DNA of 61,208 nt, counting the filler, from Basidiobolus ranarum (Eukaryota): assembly GCA_040143965.1 (NCBI GenBank). It is 20 parts of 20 records of this genome, joined end to end, with 100 filler letters (N's around TTAATTAATTAA, not from the genome) between each part and the next. Parts side by side here need not be neighbours in the genome. Positions count along the whole stretch, not along the records: positions 9,239 to 12,214 come from JASJQH010009693.1; positions 12,315 to 15,288 come from JASJQH010009694.1; positions 15,389 to 18,361 come from JASJQH010009695.1; positions 18,462 to 21,431 come from JASJQH010009696.1; positions 21,532 to 24,498 come from JASJQH010009697.1; 15 more parts are not named here. The stretch is one strand, 5' to 3'. The translations under genes and the position numbers were made by a program. Under the pieces are notes generated by a model. It was given only the letters and a program-made list of their open reading frames with translations. It had not been told where the DNA came from and searched no databases. Positions 11,181 to 23,520 of this stretch are shown piece after piece; position 1 is the first letter of the stretch; each line of letters opens with the position of its first letter.

Positions 11181-12214
11181 TGATATAGTTAGAAGTGTTT
11201 TGGACAAGATTTGGATTTGTGAATTAGAGACTTAAGTTTTATTGAATTGTACATGTCCGGTTTACAGCTTACTATGTGATAGGACTATTGGATGTACTTA
11301 CATCATAACAAAGATGCTGGTTAAGCATGTGTGAAAGTTTGAGGTGATTTGGTGAAGGTTTGAGAAAATAGTGAAAATTGGTAAGAGGGATCTAATGAAT
11401 GTTTCTATCCAATAGAGCAATAAACACTCATTTTTGAATGGCAGATTTGAGACCTAGATAATCAGACAATGAGTATTCATATTACTAAATATTGAGTTGC
11501 TCTTTACCTAATTTTAGCATTCCCACTCAACTGTTTAAATATTATGTATTTCTCTTAAACCCAACTTATATCTTGATCATTCAAATTATGCTTTAGCTGA
11601 TGGTTTGGTTAGGGTGTTAGCTATCATTTCTTCAGTATGGCAATAGATAAGTTTAATTATGTCATTCTCCATTGCTTCCAAAACTAAATGATGCCCAACA
11701 TCTGTATGTTTTGTTTTAGCAGGAAATGTAGGGGTTTTTAGCTAATGAAATACAACATTCATTATATTCAAGTGCAGTAATAGCATGTTTTACATATTTC
11801 CTTAGTATGTAAATAACTTCCTTAACCACATAGTTTCTTGTGTTGTAGCAGAGGCAGCATTATGCCCTGCTACTATAGTGGAAAGTGCTATGGCTGGTAG
11901 CTTCTAACTATTCCACTTATGACTCCTTTACCATGGAATAAGTGACCCAGTTGTTGATCTTCTATCATCAAGGTTTGTTCCCCAGTCTGCATCATTATAG
12001 TCCTTGACATCTTGTGCATCAAAAGTGGCAGAGTACCCCAGAACTAGATCTTCCATTCCTCTCAAATACCTGAATATTTGTGTTACTGCAGCTTGGGGCT
12101 CAGATCCTGGATTTTTGGGATATTGGTTCACAGTTCCCATTGCAACAGCAAAGTCTGAACATGTTATAGCCATTGTAAACATTAAACGACCTACCATGGA
12201 TTGATAAGGGAACT
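11181..12214 (-). mobile_element. Copia 3' end: RT/RNase H remnant, PPT and LTR B (11181-11519)
   Basis: YQSMVGRLMF, RYLRG and DADWGTNLDDRRSTTG motifs; GAGTGGGAA PPT abuts the LTR. Confidence 0.9.
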
Positions 12215-13011
12215 NNNNNNNNNNNNNNNNNNNNNNNNNNNNNNNNNNNNNNNNNNNNTTAATTAATTAANNNNNNNNNNNNNNNNNNNNNNNNNNNNNN
12301 NNNNNNNNNNNNNNGGTGTTACGGACGGTCCCAGGAACATTTGTGCAAAGTTTGGGGCTTCTTTCAAAAATCTATATATCTGAGAACTTCTAAGTAAATT
12401 CCAATTAAGAATAATAGATAATATCTTAGTTGAAAATGACTGCTCAGGGAACATTTTTCCCCATCACTCTTCTAACTTGCTTAATGTTGACAGAAATACT
12501 GAAAGAGACAAGTTTTATTCCACTTTCAATAATCAATATACATCAAAGTTGGCTTTACTCAACAGAATAGTTTGACAAATTGTATATGAAGCACTGTAGT
12601 AGAGTGAAGCTAGATGTAACTACTCATTTACATCAGTTTCTATCAAATCCCCAATATTATCATTACTTTTGAGATATATATCAGTATTCCTGTATATGTC
12701 AGATTTTCATGTATGAGTTTCATAGAACCTAGGTGTGGAAGCCAGTAATATTGGTCCCACTAATTTTTGAATGCAATTTTAAAGTTTGTGATACAGCCTC
12801 TGTTGTAATTAACATAGCCTAAGCATATGTATAGACATGCATAGCTTGGTATTTAGTTATTCTATTTTTCACCAAGATATCACCTACCATTCCAAGTTGA
12901 AATTTAATTAGGAGATTTTTCAAACCTATTCTAGAAGCCCCAAACTTTGTAAACATGTTTGTGTGATTTTCTTCAACACACATGACCTGTTTTTTGTTTA
13001 CCCCCTCATAT

Positions 13012-13361
13012 TGTTGAAGTGTCTGGGAGCCTTTTGGAAGTGGTTTGAAGAAAATAGACAAGTAGGTGGTTTTCACTTGTTGATTTATTGAGTTCAAAGT
13101 TGACATTAATAGTTTCATCAAGATATAAGCAAGCTAACGTGTCGAAGATGCTAAAAAAGGTCCCAGGAACATGTGTGCAAAGTTTGGGGCTTCTAGCACA
13201 AGTTTGAAAAATCCACATATCTGAGAACTTCTAAGTTGGCGTCAGCATTCTAAGTAAATTCCAATTGAGAATAATGGGTAATATCTTAGTGAAAGTGTAA
13301 GATAATCAAGTACTAAGCTATATATGACTATATAGGTGCTTAGGCAATGCTAATTTCAACA
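13012..13361 (-). repeat. Copia LTR family A (solo); another fragment at 12315-12430
   Basis: TGTTGAAG...TTTCAACA termini; reverse complement of 55460-55807. Confidence 0.88.
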
Positions 13362-13536
13362 GTTCCCTGTGATAGTGCCAGATTGTGCTGTATATATCAT
13401 ATTGGATAAAGTATTCTCAAATTTATGCGGCACAATTTGGCACTATCCAGCACCCTCTGGCATGATCAATTTCAATCACAATTACTCTAATGTATTGAGC
13501 CAAGGTCCGATAAATCCTGGCACAATGGAACAAGTC
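13362..13536. mobile_element. End of a MITE-like element with GACTTGTTCCATT terminus
   Basis: Ends AATGGAACAAGTC. Same terminus at 1-14, 42682 and 55006; internal GGCACAAT/ATTGTGCC motifs are shared with 42682-42872. Confidence 0.5.
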
Positions 13537-15388
13537 CAGTGAATACATGGAGTAAACGCAGAGATATTGTCATTGCCAAAATGCATGCAGAAAAACAGAA
13601 CTAGTTATGAGCGCTAGTGTGTATAACCAACATACATATTCGAAATCATTGCTAGTAAAGAGAGTTTTTGAAGAGAAACTTACTAATCACATTAAATGTG
13701 AGCGTACTAAATATAATACCTGTACTTTTGCAATAAGTGAAGAAAAATAGAGGCCGGTATACCTCAAAGTTGGTGATTTAAGGATGAGATAGATTCAAAG
13801 CATTATTCCGTAGCCCGCTGATATATTTTCGAACAAACCATATACACTAAACTAGAATATTTTGTCAATGCGGTGATATTCCAATAGGATTGAAGTTATA
13901 GTATTGGTTGCCACACTTTGCCATGGTTAAGTAACAATTGTTTTGCTCAGATAGTTTGGGAAAACCAGGGCTATGTACTTATGTATATTGCATCTTGCAT
14001 ATTGGTTATCCACCAAATATTGCTACTATTGACTTGCGTGCTAACGAAGCAGCGGTACTGATATCTCTATGACTCTGCTGTCAACAGCTGTGATTCGGAT
14101 AGAGAAGCCACATATAATATGACCTATAATTTGAGAGTGTTTGTTCATGTGCCCAAAGCTATAAAGACAATTAGCATGTTTATGTTGGAGAAAAGACAAT
14201 TCTCACTAAATGGAAAGTCATCCACAAACCTCTGAGGTATAATCTGATCAAACTCGAATACTAAATACCAACGAAACACATTAGACTTATGAACCATACA
14301 ATTACCAGTCGGCACAGTGTCATTGCTCGAGGGAAATATCTCCTGATTGTTGGCATCCTATCTTATAGGTTTGAGTTGCACTAGATCAGGTACGTTAACT
14401 CTATCCCTTACCCAGGTAGTTAGGCGTATTGTACCTAATGGGAGGCTCTGAAGCTTGAATTCTGTCTTATGATTGGCAGCTCTAACATATATTTGCGCAA
14501 TTAGTCGATCAGTTAGTCGATGAAATTAATTGTGTTTTCGCTCGAACCGAGAGGTGCTGACTAATTTATGGGTTCTGATTTCGACCATATTATTGGCTAG
14601 GTGTTCGATGACATTTTAGAATGTTTCTATTTCCCACCTGTGGTATTTCTTCCCAGGTCACAGAGAGTTTTTCCATGAGCTTCTCACGATCCAGAGTAAC
14701 CTGAAGATCTACTGATACACTCTGACCCGATCAGATCCAGTTTGACACATTTTCTCACCCTCCATGTTTGGGTTGGGGAAGGTTTAAAAAAACGATCGTC
14801 CAGTGCTTACCTACTCGGAAAAGCTTAGCCATACACTTGGTTAGTTAATTTGATAATCACACGAACCAGATGGGTCGTGATTGTTAAGTACAGTAACCCG
14901 TCAAAGATCGTAACTTGACCATTGCTATTAAAAACTTGTCCTCAATAATCTACTTTGGTTTCCCTTGAACCTACTCCCAGCTCTGAACCGCCTCAGTTTC
15001 CAAATTCTTCGACGTCTGAGAAGAGACAAAACCGATTTCCCCCATCGATGAGGTTGACTGCTTATCGCAGTATCTTGCCGCTCGGAGTTTTCCGTGAGAG
15101 GGTTGGCAGTGGCTTTGGTACATTCAATAATCCTCGAGCTAAGCACCGCCGAGTCGACTAAAGCTGTAATCCAGTACTGGCCAATTTAGTCATTGTCACC
15201 CATGTTTAATAAGCGTTTCAAATTGAAACCAGAGTAATTACTGGCTAGCAATAGTATTTTCTGCCTACTTTTCTGTAACCCACTCACANNNNNNNNNNNN
15301 NNNNNNNNNNNNNNNNNNNNNNNNNNNNNNNNTTAATTAATTAANNNNNNNNNNNNNNNNNNNNNNNNNNNNNNNNNNNNNNNNNNNN

Positions 15389-15525
15389 CTTGAGCTTTTT
15401 TGAATTCAGCATTACCTTCGGCTCTTCTGGCGTTTCCTTCTGCTGGACTTTGACCGGTACCGATAGCACTACCGACATTTTCTTTAACTTGTTCTGACTT
15501 CGATTTACATGTGATATTCTAGTCA
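15389..15525 (-). pseudogene. CsbD-like copy 1, diverged and truncated by contig end
   Basis: Frame reads VKENVGSAIGTGQSPAEGNARRAEGNAEFKKAQ, but there is an upstream stop and no in-frame ATG. Confidence 0.7.
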
Positions 15526-15676
15526 TCATTAGAGTATATATAGATTGGAACAAAGGATGATGTAATCTCAGCTACTAATTAAATGTCAGTAGGTTAACAT
15601 GTTCAACTGTGACTATATAACTCTGCAATAATCCCGGCAAATACAATCAAAACTCTTACTTTCAAGAACTAAAATC

Positions 15677-15970
15677 ATGAATAAATTCAATGCTAGCGTC
15701 AAGTCAATCTCCGGGGCCGTTAAAGAATATGTCAGTAGTGTTTTTGGCAACAAATAAATGGAAGCTCTGGGTAAAAAAGCCAGAAGAGCTGAAGGTAATG
15801 CCAAATACAAGAAAGCCCAGGTTGAAGGATATGCTCAAGGCGCTGGAGAGAAGCTTAAGGGGAATGTCAAAAACACAGTTGGCAGTGCAATTGGAAATGA
15901 GCAAATGGAAGCCGAGGGCAAGGCTGGACGTGTCAAAGGAGAGGCACGTGTAGAAGCTAATTCCAGTTAA
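15677..15970 (+). pseudogene. CsbD-like copy 2 with TAA at codon 27; downstream 70-aa ORF 15758-15970 is intact
   Basis: MNKFNASVKSISGAVKEYVSSVFGNK*MEALGKKARRAEGNAKYKK... aligns to 18021-18311. Confidence 0.85.
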
Positions 15971-16334
15971 TCAGTGCCTTCGATATCAATTTGTAAATAA
16001 ATAGAACCAATATGCTGTACACTTGCTGAATGAGAGCTCATAAACGTGGTTGACTTCAGGACAATTATGTGGATTGGTACTGAGGTTACGCAGGTGTCTT
16101 GACAGAGTGTACAGGAGTTAACTTTAGCCACAGAGGAGAATATCACTTCACAAATACCACTTGGGTAGCAGGTAAGATATATTGCCTTCACTTCAAAATA
16201 TACATTCAATACTGTGTCAATTATATACAATTTGTAAACAGAGACACAAGAGTATTCTTAACTCTTGGGCATAAAGTGGCGCTGTAGTAGATGTAATTTA
16301 TTTATTTATTTACAAAGAATAAGCAATTGGATAT

Positions 16335-16472
16335 TATTCGTTAGAGTTGGCTTCCATACGAGCTTCACCGTTGACTCTGCCCGCTTTCCCTTCAGCTTCC
16401 ATTTGTTCGTTTCCTATTGCACAGCCAGCGGTGTTCTTGACATTACCTTTAAGCTTCTCTCCAGCACCTTCA
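16335..16472 (-). pseudogene. CsbD-like copy 3, 3' half only
   Basis: EGAGEKLKGNVKNTAGCAIGNEQMEAEGKAGRVNGEARMEANSNE* with no 5' half. Confidence 0.85.
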
Positions 16473-16635
16473 GAACAAAATACTATTTTAGGTAAATTTC
16501 ATTCTGACATCACAAAAATCATTTGATCAGAAATCCCAATATAAACACTGAGGAATGCTCAGCAGTTTTACAAACATATCAACGTTCTCATCCTCAACAA
16601 CCAACTTCATACTTCAAAATATTTTAACAATCAAA

Positions 16636-16925
16636 ATGGATAAATTCAATGCTAACGTCAAGTCCACCTCTGGTGCTATTAAAAAGAATGTCGGTAGTGC
16701 CACGGAAATGAATAAATACAAGCTGAAGGAAAGGCGAGGAGAGCCGAGGGTAACGCTGAATACGAGAAAGCTCAAGCTGAAGGATATGCTCAAGGTGCTG
16801 GAGAGAAGTTTAAGGGAAATATCAAGAACACTGTTGGAAGTGCTGTCGAAAATGAACAAATGGAATCCGAAGGGAAAGCTGTTAGAGTCAAAGGTGAAGC
16901 TCGTATGGAAGCCAATTCTAATTAA
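16636..16925 (+). pseudogene. CsbD-like copy 4, full length with a 1-nt deletion near 16702 and a stop at codon 27
   Basis: MDKFNANVKSTSGAIKKNVGSA/GNE*IQAEGKARRAEG...EANSN*. Confidence 0.88.
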
Positions 16926-17411
16926 TGATCTCATGCTCTTTCTTCTTGTAAGTAAATTGGTTACATCTGCCCTATTACTATGCAGCAATATCCGAGTTAT
17001 AGAATATTCGTTTGATTTTAGCTACAAGTTTAATGAAAAGGACACGATAAATAATATAGCTCTAAGTTAGTGCCATAAGTCGCGTTCGCAATTCTGATAG
17101 TATATCATTTTCAATCCATGTAGTGTAGGAAACATGCAGAAACATAAACACATATGTTGTATTTCGGCATTCTAAAATGTGCGTGCAAATTTGCTACATT
17201 TAGTTTATTTACAAATCGATGTCAACGTTATTCGTTAACTTTGATATTAGCGCTGAATTTATTCATGATTTCAGTCGTTAACTTTTATTTATATTAGTTT
17301 TTGATAGCTTTAACTGATAGTATTACAGAATTATAAAGATACGACTACTCACGTTGATATGTTGAAATGTAATTACTTAATAACGGAGATTATAAATTAT
17401 GATTATCCATT

Positions 17412-17590
17412 GTGGACAAACTCCAAGTTAACATTAAATCAGCTTCTGGTACCGTTAAGAAATATTTCCACGGTGCTTCTTGTATCGAACAAGTAGAAGT
17501 GGAAAGAAAAATCAAAAGAATTGAGGATAACGATCAATACAAGAAAGCCCAAACTGAAGGTTATCCTCAAGGTGCCGGAGAAAAGCTATG
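17412..17590 (+). pseudogene. CsbD-like copy 5, diverged and 3'-truncated
   Basis: GTG in place of ATG; DKLQVNIKSASGTVKK...YKKAQTEGYPQGAGEKL, then similarity is lost. Confidence 0.8.
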
Positions 17591-18020
17591 TGTTAAATCT
17601 AAATTTTTATATCTTCTCGAATATCTTATTTAAATCTTATTTACGACCACTTTTAAATATTAACCTCACAATACCGTTCTTTTGTACGTATATTACTTTA
17701 TTATGCTTACCAAAGAATGGAAGCTTCATCTCAACTCTAAAGACTAATCCTATTACTAAAATTTCGTCCTACGCGGTTGCCACATCCTCAAAAACAACAA
17801 TTCCAAACTTGTCCTAAAAGGCCAGGAAAGTTAATCTGCGATCAAGAAAGAATACGAACTACACAAATCCTACTGCTATGAGTCATTTTTCGCGGTTATC
17901 TAATTTACATTATTAACAGCTGAAACTGTATTAATATCAGTATATATAGTACTGCCTTAGATATATAGGGGTTTATCAGCGTGTGCTCATTTTATTTACA
18001 ATTATTGACTGGTTCTCCAA

Positions 18021-18311
18021 CTAATTGGAATTGGCCTCCATACGAGCGTCACCCTTAACACGGCCAGCTTTGCCCTCAGCTTCCATTTGCTCATTTCCAA
18101 CGGCACTGCCAACTGTGTTCTTGACATTTCCCTTCAGTTTCTCACCAGCACCTTGCGCATAACCTTCAGCTTGAGCTTTCTTGTATTCAGCATTACCCTC
18201 GGCTCTTCTGGCTTTTCCTTCAGCTTGCATCTGTTCGTTACCGATAGCACTACCGACATTTTCTTTGACAGCTCCGGAGGTTGACTTGACGTTAGCGTTG
18301 AATTTATCCAT
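18021..18311 (-). CDS. CsbD/YjbJ-like (UPF0337) small hydrophilic stress protein, 96 aa, two tandem repeats; intact copy
   Basis: Two G.VK..VGSA.GNEQM.AEGKA.R..G.A repeats; ATG in an AAAATG context; clean ORF. Confidence 0.92.
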   Translation of the reverse strand: MDKFNANVKSTSGAVKENVGSAIGNEQMQAEGKARRAEGNAEYKKAQAEGYAQGAGEKLKGNVKNTVGSAVGNEQMEAEGKAGRVKGDARMEANSN

Positions 18312-18461
18312 TTTGATTGATAGTAGATTTTAAAGTGTGATGTTATTCGTTGATGATGAGANNNNNNNNNNNNNNNNNNNNNNNNNNNNNNNNNNNNNNN
18401 NNNNNTTAATTAATTAANNNNNNNNNNNNNNNNNNNNNNNNNNNNNNNNNNNNNNNNNNNN

Positions 18462-21431
18462 CACCATCGACTCAGGGCAAACGCCTAACTGGATCAAATG
18501 GTGAGCCAACTGGTTAGCTCTCCTATTGAGTTGGCTGTAAGTGACATATTCAGAGGTCATAAACTGCAATGCGATATTGTCCGGATGAAGATTTGCCTGA
18601 GCTTCAAATGCATGATGAAGACAGGTGCCGTGTACATTTTCATGAATAGTGGAGTGCAAGGAACCGTCAAAGTTCATTTGTGATGACATTAATTCGATAC
18701 TCAAATGTTTGAGTTTCATGTTTGCCGTTGTACTGACTAATCCTTGGAAAAGAGTTTTGAAATTAGCAGATAGCAACTCAGCATGATATGGTGAAATTAA
18801 TTGAGTGCTGAACATCAAAATATATGATAGTTCAAGATCATCTGATTCAACACATAAACCTAATGGATACTATGAATATAAATCAATGATTAGCTCAAAA
18901 CCATAGACAAAATAAGAATGGTGGCAGTTTCAAATACCTCTGATTTTTCATTACTGCCCAGTGGTACAAGTTCCAGGGAATTTCTACTACCATCAGGTGA
19001 TTGCTTAGTGGGATTTCTACTCTTAATCATGTAACTATTCTTGTAATCAAGAAGAGTATCAAAAAGTGGTGCTGTATCCGTCCAGCCTTGGATATCACGC
19101 AGACTACTTTGTTGGTAGGACAGGGAGGAAGTATGATCACTGTGAACACTTTGAAGCCACTCAATTACTGGTATTTCACCATTATAATGAATGCGGCACG
19201 CAAGCGTGTTAATGCAAGGTCCAATCATAGAAGAAGCCCCTTCCTGCTCGCCGTCTCTTCCATTGATGGTGTAGCCAAAAGTGACATCTTCACTTTGAGT
19301 GTACATTCTTAGAAGTATAGCCCAGACAGCTTTAATAAGAGTAAAGATCGTTACTCTCGAACGTTGAGCAAACTGAGCTATGTTACAGATAGGTATTTCA
19401 ATTGAGCCAGGAAGGTAAACCATTTCAGGCTTCACTTGCTCGGATACTCCAATCTTCGGAAATGGTACAGCATTCAGCTGTGCGAATTGATTTTTCCAAT
19501 AAGATTTTTCTTCTGCAATGTGGGCTGGAGTACGATTAAATAAGCTTTCAACAAAATATTTGTAAGGATATGCTTTAGAGCGTGGTTGTTGATGATAGAC
19601 CGCGTAGAAATCATCTAAAACTAAGCCCCATGAGGTTGCATCCAGAATTCCGTGATGCCAGCTAATTACAAGCACACGCTTATTCGTGCCAGTTTCAATC
19701 AGTCCTAATCTCATGTTTGGTTGACTTAAGCTAAAATGATTCTGTTTATCCGTGGTCAAGCATGTAGCAGTTGCTTCCGCGATAGAGTCTTCAGTGCAGT
19801 TGATGTGCAACCATTGAGGAGTGTAATCTCTGATAACCACCTGGAAAAAGGCGACACTACTCTCATTCATCACTGGATTCTGAACAAAGACTGAGCGTAG
19901 AATATGGTGATCATGGATAACAGTTTGCCAAGCCTCTTTGAATTTCCGCTGGTCGAAGTCACCAACTATATCAAAGGTTTGTTGCACATGGTAGTAATCC
20001 GATGATTTCAGCATTCCAGCTATAAGCCCTTCCTGTAAGTGAGTACAAGGAAGAATATCCTCAATGAGACTGGGATCAACTCCAGCTTCAAGGAGAGTCT
20101 CGTTGTAAAGCACATTAAAGTTCGATTCCGATAGTTTGAGCAATGGGAAGTCACTTCGAGTATGCTCTATAACATTCAACTGAGTGCATTGACTGATCAT
20201 TGTATTAAGAACCTGCTGCCATTTTAAAAGCCACTGAGATACAATATCTTCAGAATGTAGCGATGTACTAAAAAGAATGCTGGCTTCGAAGCTATTCTGG
20301 TTTACACCAGCCAATATATCGAATACCTGATTTCTCCTCCATTGCAGATCGACATCACCAATATCAAAATCGAAAGGCGCCTCTACAGGTTGGAAAAAAG
20401 AGTTTTGATTCTCCAATTGTTGGAACCGTCCAGAATAATTAAATACGATTTGAATTATATCTTTTTTAGGAGGGTTCTCTTGGTATAGCTTCAGATCACG
20501 TAGTAGACCGTAAATAATTCCGTTACCTGGGATAATCTTTCTCAAATCCTTGACACGTTTCAAAATAGTCAAAGGATCCTCCATTTCGTTAGCATTTACT
20601 ACCATAGGATAAATTGTGGTAAACCAGCCAATGGTTCTGGAAATATCAATATCTTCACGCCACGGCTCTCGACCGTGCCCTTCAATCCCAAGAGTCATGG
20701 CACTCAGATTGAATACTGAGCAATAGGCAATGACTAGAGAGGAGATCATCAGGTCTGTAGCTTCTGTCTGGAAGGGGATATTTGCCTTGCCAAATAATTG
20801 CTCAGTCTGAGAAGGCGTCAGTTTAAATGATAAAGATTTCGTGGATTGTAATGTATTCTGCTCTAGGAGCGACATATCACTAATTAAAGGCTCAGATATA
20901 TCTTGAATCGGCCACATGTCTATATCTAAGCTTTGAGCATACTCATCTAGCATGTAACTCCACTGCATAAAAGACATTGACTTGTACCCACACTCCTTTC
21001 CTTGTAAAAGTTGCTCAAGGTCTTCCCAGATAATGCGCCATGATACTAGGTCAATAACAAAATGATGGATTGTCATGAAAAGCAACTGCTGGTTGTCACT
21101 AGTATCGTACAAAGAAAACTGGAAAAGCGGACCGGAGAGGAGATTGAGACTATGTTGAAGTTGATGAATGCTATCTTTGAGCTCATCGGTCGATTCAATC
21201 TTGATATGTCGAGCTTCATTTTGTGCTTGTTCAATGGGCAGAATTTGGATTTTCCACTTTCCTTCTGAACAGGAAAAGCAACTGCGTAGTAACTCATGGT
21301 GGTGAATCAGAGAAGAAATAGCCAAATTCAAGCTTTCAACGGTGATAGAGTCTCTCAGCTTAAGCAGCCACGATTGATTGAAGTGATGTATGTTTTCCTG
21401 AGGAGTATTCAAGAAACGTTTCAGAATAGGA
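18462..21431 (-). CDS. Non-ribosomal peptide synthetase internal fragment: epimerization, condensation and start of adenylation domain; intron 18870-18937; truncated at both ends
   Basis: E motifs HHFVIDLVSW, EGHGRE, RTIGWFT, FNYSGRF; C motifs PCTHLQEGL, WHHGILD, IGPCINTL; A1 motif TYSQLNRRANQLAHHL. A GTATTT...GCTAAT...TAG intron joins the two ORFs as EKSE|YPLGL. Confidence 0.95.
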
Positions 21432-21531
21432 NNNNNNNNNNNNNNNNNNNNNNNNNNNNNNNNNNNNNNNNNNNNTTAATTAATTAANNNNNNNNNNNNN
21501 NNNNNNNNNNNNNNNNNNNNNNNNNNNNNNN

Positions 21532-23515
21532 ATTTCCCCTCCCAAGGCCCCATTCAAAAAAGTAGTTTTAACATCCAATTGATGGATTTTTAAGCTGTGT
21601 TTTGCTGCCACTGCTAGTATGGTTCTGATGGAATTAAACTTTGCTACAGGAGCAAATATTTCATTGTAGTCCACTCCTTCCATTTGAGAGTATCCTTTAG
21701 CCACAAGTCTGGCTTTAAATCTTTCTACAGATGCATCAGCTTTGTGTTAAACTTTGAACACTCATTTGCTTCCAATTAATTTTTGGTCATTGGGTAACTT
21801 AACCAAAGTCCTTGTTTGGTTATCGATGAGTGACTGATACTCCTCTGCCATTGCAGCACTCCAAAACATTGTGTTGAGACTCTCCATAGCCTCCTGTACT
21901 GATTTGGGCTCATCAGAAAAGGCTAAATTAGTACTAGGCTCCATTGGCTAGTGTGAGAGTAATAATCAGGCAGAGATCTCATCCAATTGGATCTCCCAAG
22001 ATGGGAAATTGGCACTACAACTTCTGGTACCAGTTTAGGCAATGAAACCACCTCAGGCTTGGTTGAGGAGACTGCAGGTACATGATTTTCAATGTTTTCT
22101 CACTGATCAAGATTTGGTGAGAGAAAGTAGAGTTGTCATCCAATTTTGGTTGTTTTTCTTGATCCTGGATTGTTTCGATTGAAAACTTTTCGGTTGCTTG
22201 GCTTGTTTTCCATATGCAACCCTCACAAATTTCCATTTTGGCTTGGGGGTTAATTTGAATTCCACAATTTAGGCAATTTTTTGACCTTTTTGCTCAAATA
22301 TAATATGGCCAAATCTGTTATGCCATAATTGAATAGTTTCTTGATTGGCATAATTTATATTCACACATAAACTTTGTTGACCATGAGTATGCTTGTATAA
22401 GTTCTGATCCTTTTCTCCCAAAGCTAAATAATTCCCATTTTGATCAGTTATGGTGTATCCTGACTTATCAAAATTGAATTTTAGCCCTTCTGAGATGGCC
22501 TTGCATATAGATAATGTCATGATTCTGATCTTGGCATACTGATCCACTACAAATAGAATGCCTCTATTATCAGATTATGACATCATATCTGTTGTGCCAT
22601 CCCTTCTTGGCAAACTGGTGTCAGTTCATCCAGATTACAATATATGGAAGTCATGTTCTTTGGAACATTCCATGAAACCTAACCAATCATGTCATGCCAC
22701 ACATAGTGTACTTCTGCCAAGACCTTCCATGGAAGGTTACCTGATCATCCTTACAGCATCCCTCTTTGTACTGGTCCTTGTAGTCCCCAACACCCTGACT
22801 CTTGAACTTACTACAGTACATTCCCTATTAAGTATATTGTGTTTCACCTTGCAATATCTATATAAGCCCCATGTATTCCTTGATCAGACCTCAGTCTGAT
22901 CAACACCAGTTATCAATAAAGATTTTGCCAAACTATCTTCCTTATCTTGTCTTGTCTTGTCTTGTGGTCTACACCCAATTACTCTCCTGCCTTCTAGTCT
23001 TTTGTTGTTGTTTCCAGTCCTTGTCCAGTTCCTTATTGTGATAGATAATACATTCTTGGCAATATCACAAATATGTTGTACATCCTTGAAAGTATTTACT
23101 TTCTCTTCTGAAGCTCCATATGGATTGACTTGAATTGTTCTGTTTGCAATAGCATCCAATGTGCAGTCATCTCCCATGAAACCTTTCTAATTAGAATTTC
23201 TTCATAATCCACAAACTAATGTGTTCCTATTCTTCTTAAATTGCTTTTGACCTTTATACGAAGGTTTCTCATAGGCTATTAAAGCATTTTCTTCATTTTT
23301 TGGGTTGGATCCTGATTTGTTTAAATCTTCATCCAGAAGTCTGCCAAATAGAAAACTTAAGGGCAGATTTTCAGTTCTTGTTTCTAGAGCCATTACTAGA
23401 CTTTGAAACCTGTGTGGCTGGCTATTCAGAACTGTAACTATGATATCTTGATCAGTGCTTGGTACTTCAATGCATTCCATTTCATCCAATAAAATAGTGA
23501 CTATATTCATAAGTG
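21532..23515 (-). mobile_element. Degenerate, internally deleted copia gag-pol
   Basis: Gag ALETRTENL, LWHNRFGH (pre-integrase), CEGC, EPKSVQEA and [21 protein letters not shown]...[12 protein letters not shown]. Confidence 0.9.
22515..23043 (+). mobile_element. Solo LTR family C inserted in the copia protease region
   Basis: TGTCATGA...TTGTGATA with perfect TSD GATAA. Removal restores AKNVLSICK. Internal TATATAA and AATAAA; paralogs at 33580-33692 and 45098-45428. Confidence 0.88.
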
Positions 23516-23520
23516 ATTTA

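Noticed and set aside
14940-15185. GC-richer stretch with GCTGTAATCC (SRP-like) and minus-strand GGGGAAATCGG (RNase P CR-I-like) words
   Set aside because: I could not find the partner helices or other conserved regions by eye. An Infernal/Rfam scan would settle it.
16555-17070. 171-aa ORF as a novel protein
   Set aside because: It is the frameshifted CsbD copy 4 read through in the wrong frame.
8614-21431. CHAP gene, CsbD cluster and NRPS as one antibacterial or HGT island
   Set aside because: They sit on three different contigs that are adjacent only because of similar length; no linkage evidence.
22944-22965. (CTTGT)n microsatellite
   Set aside because: Only a short internal feature of LTR family C, also present near 45336.
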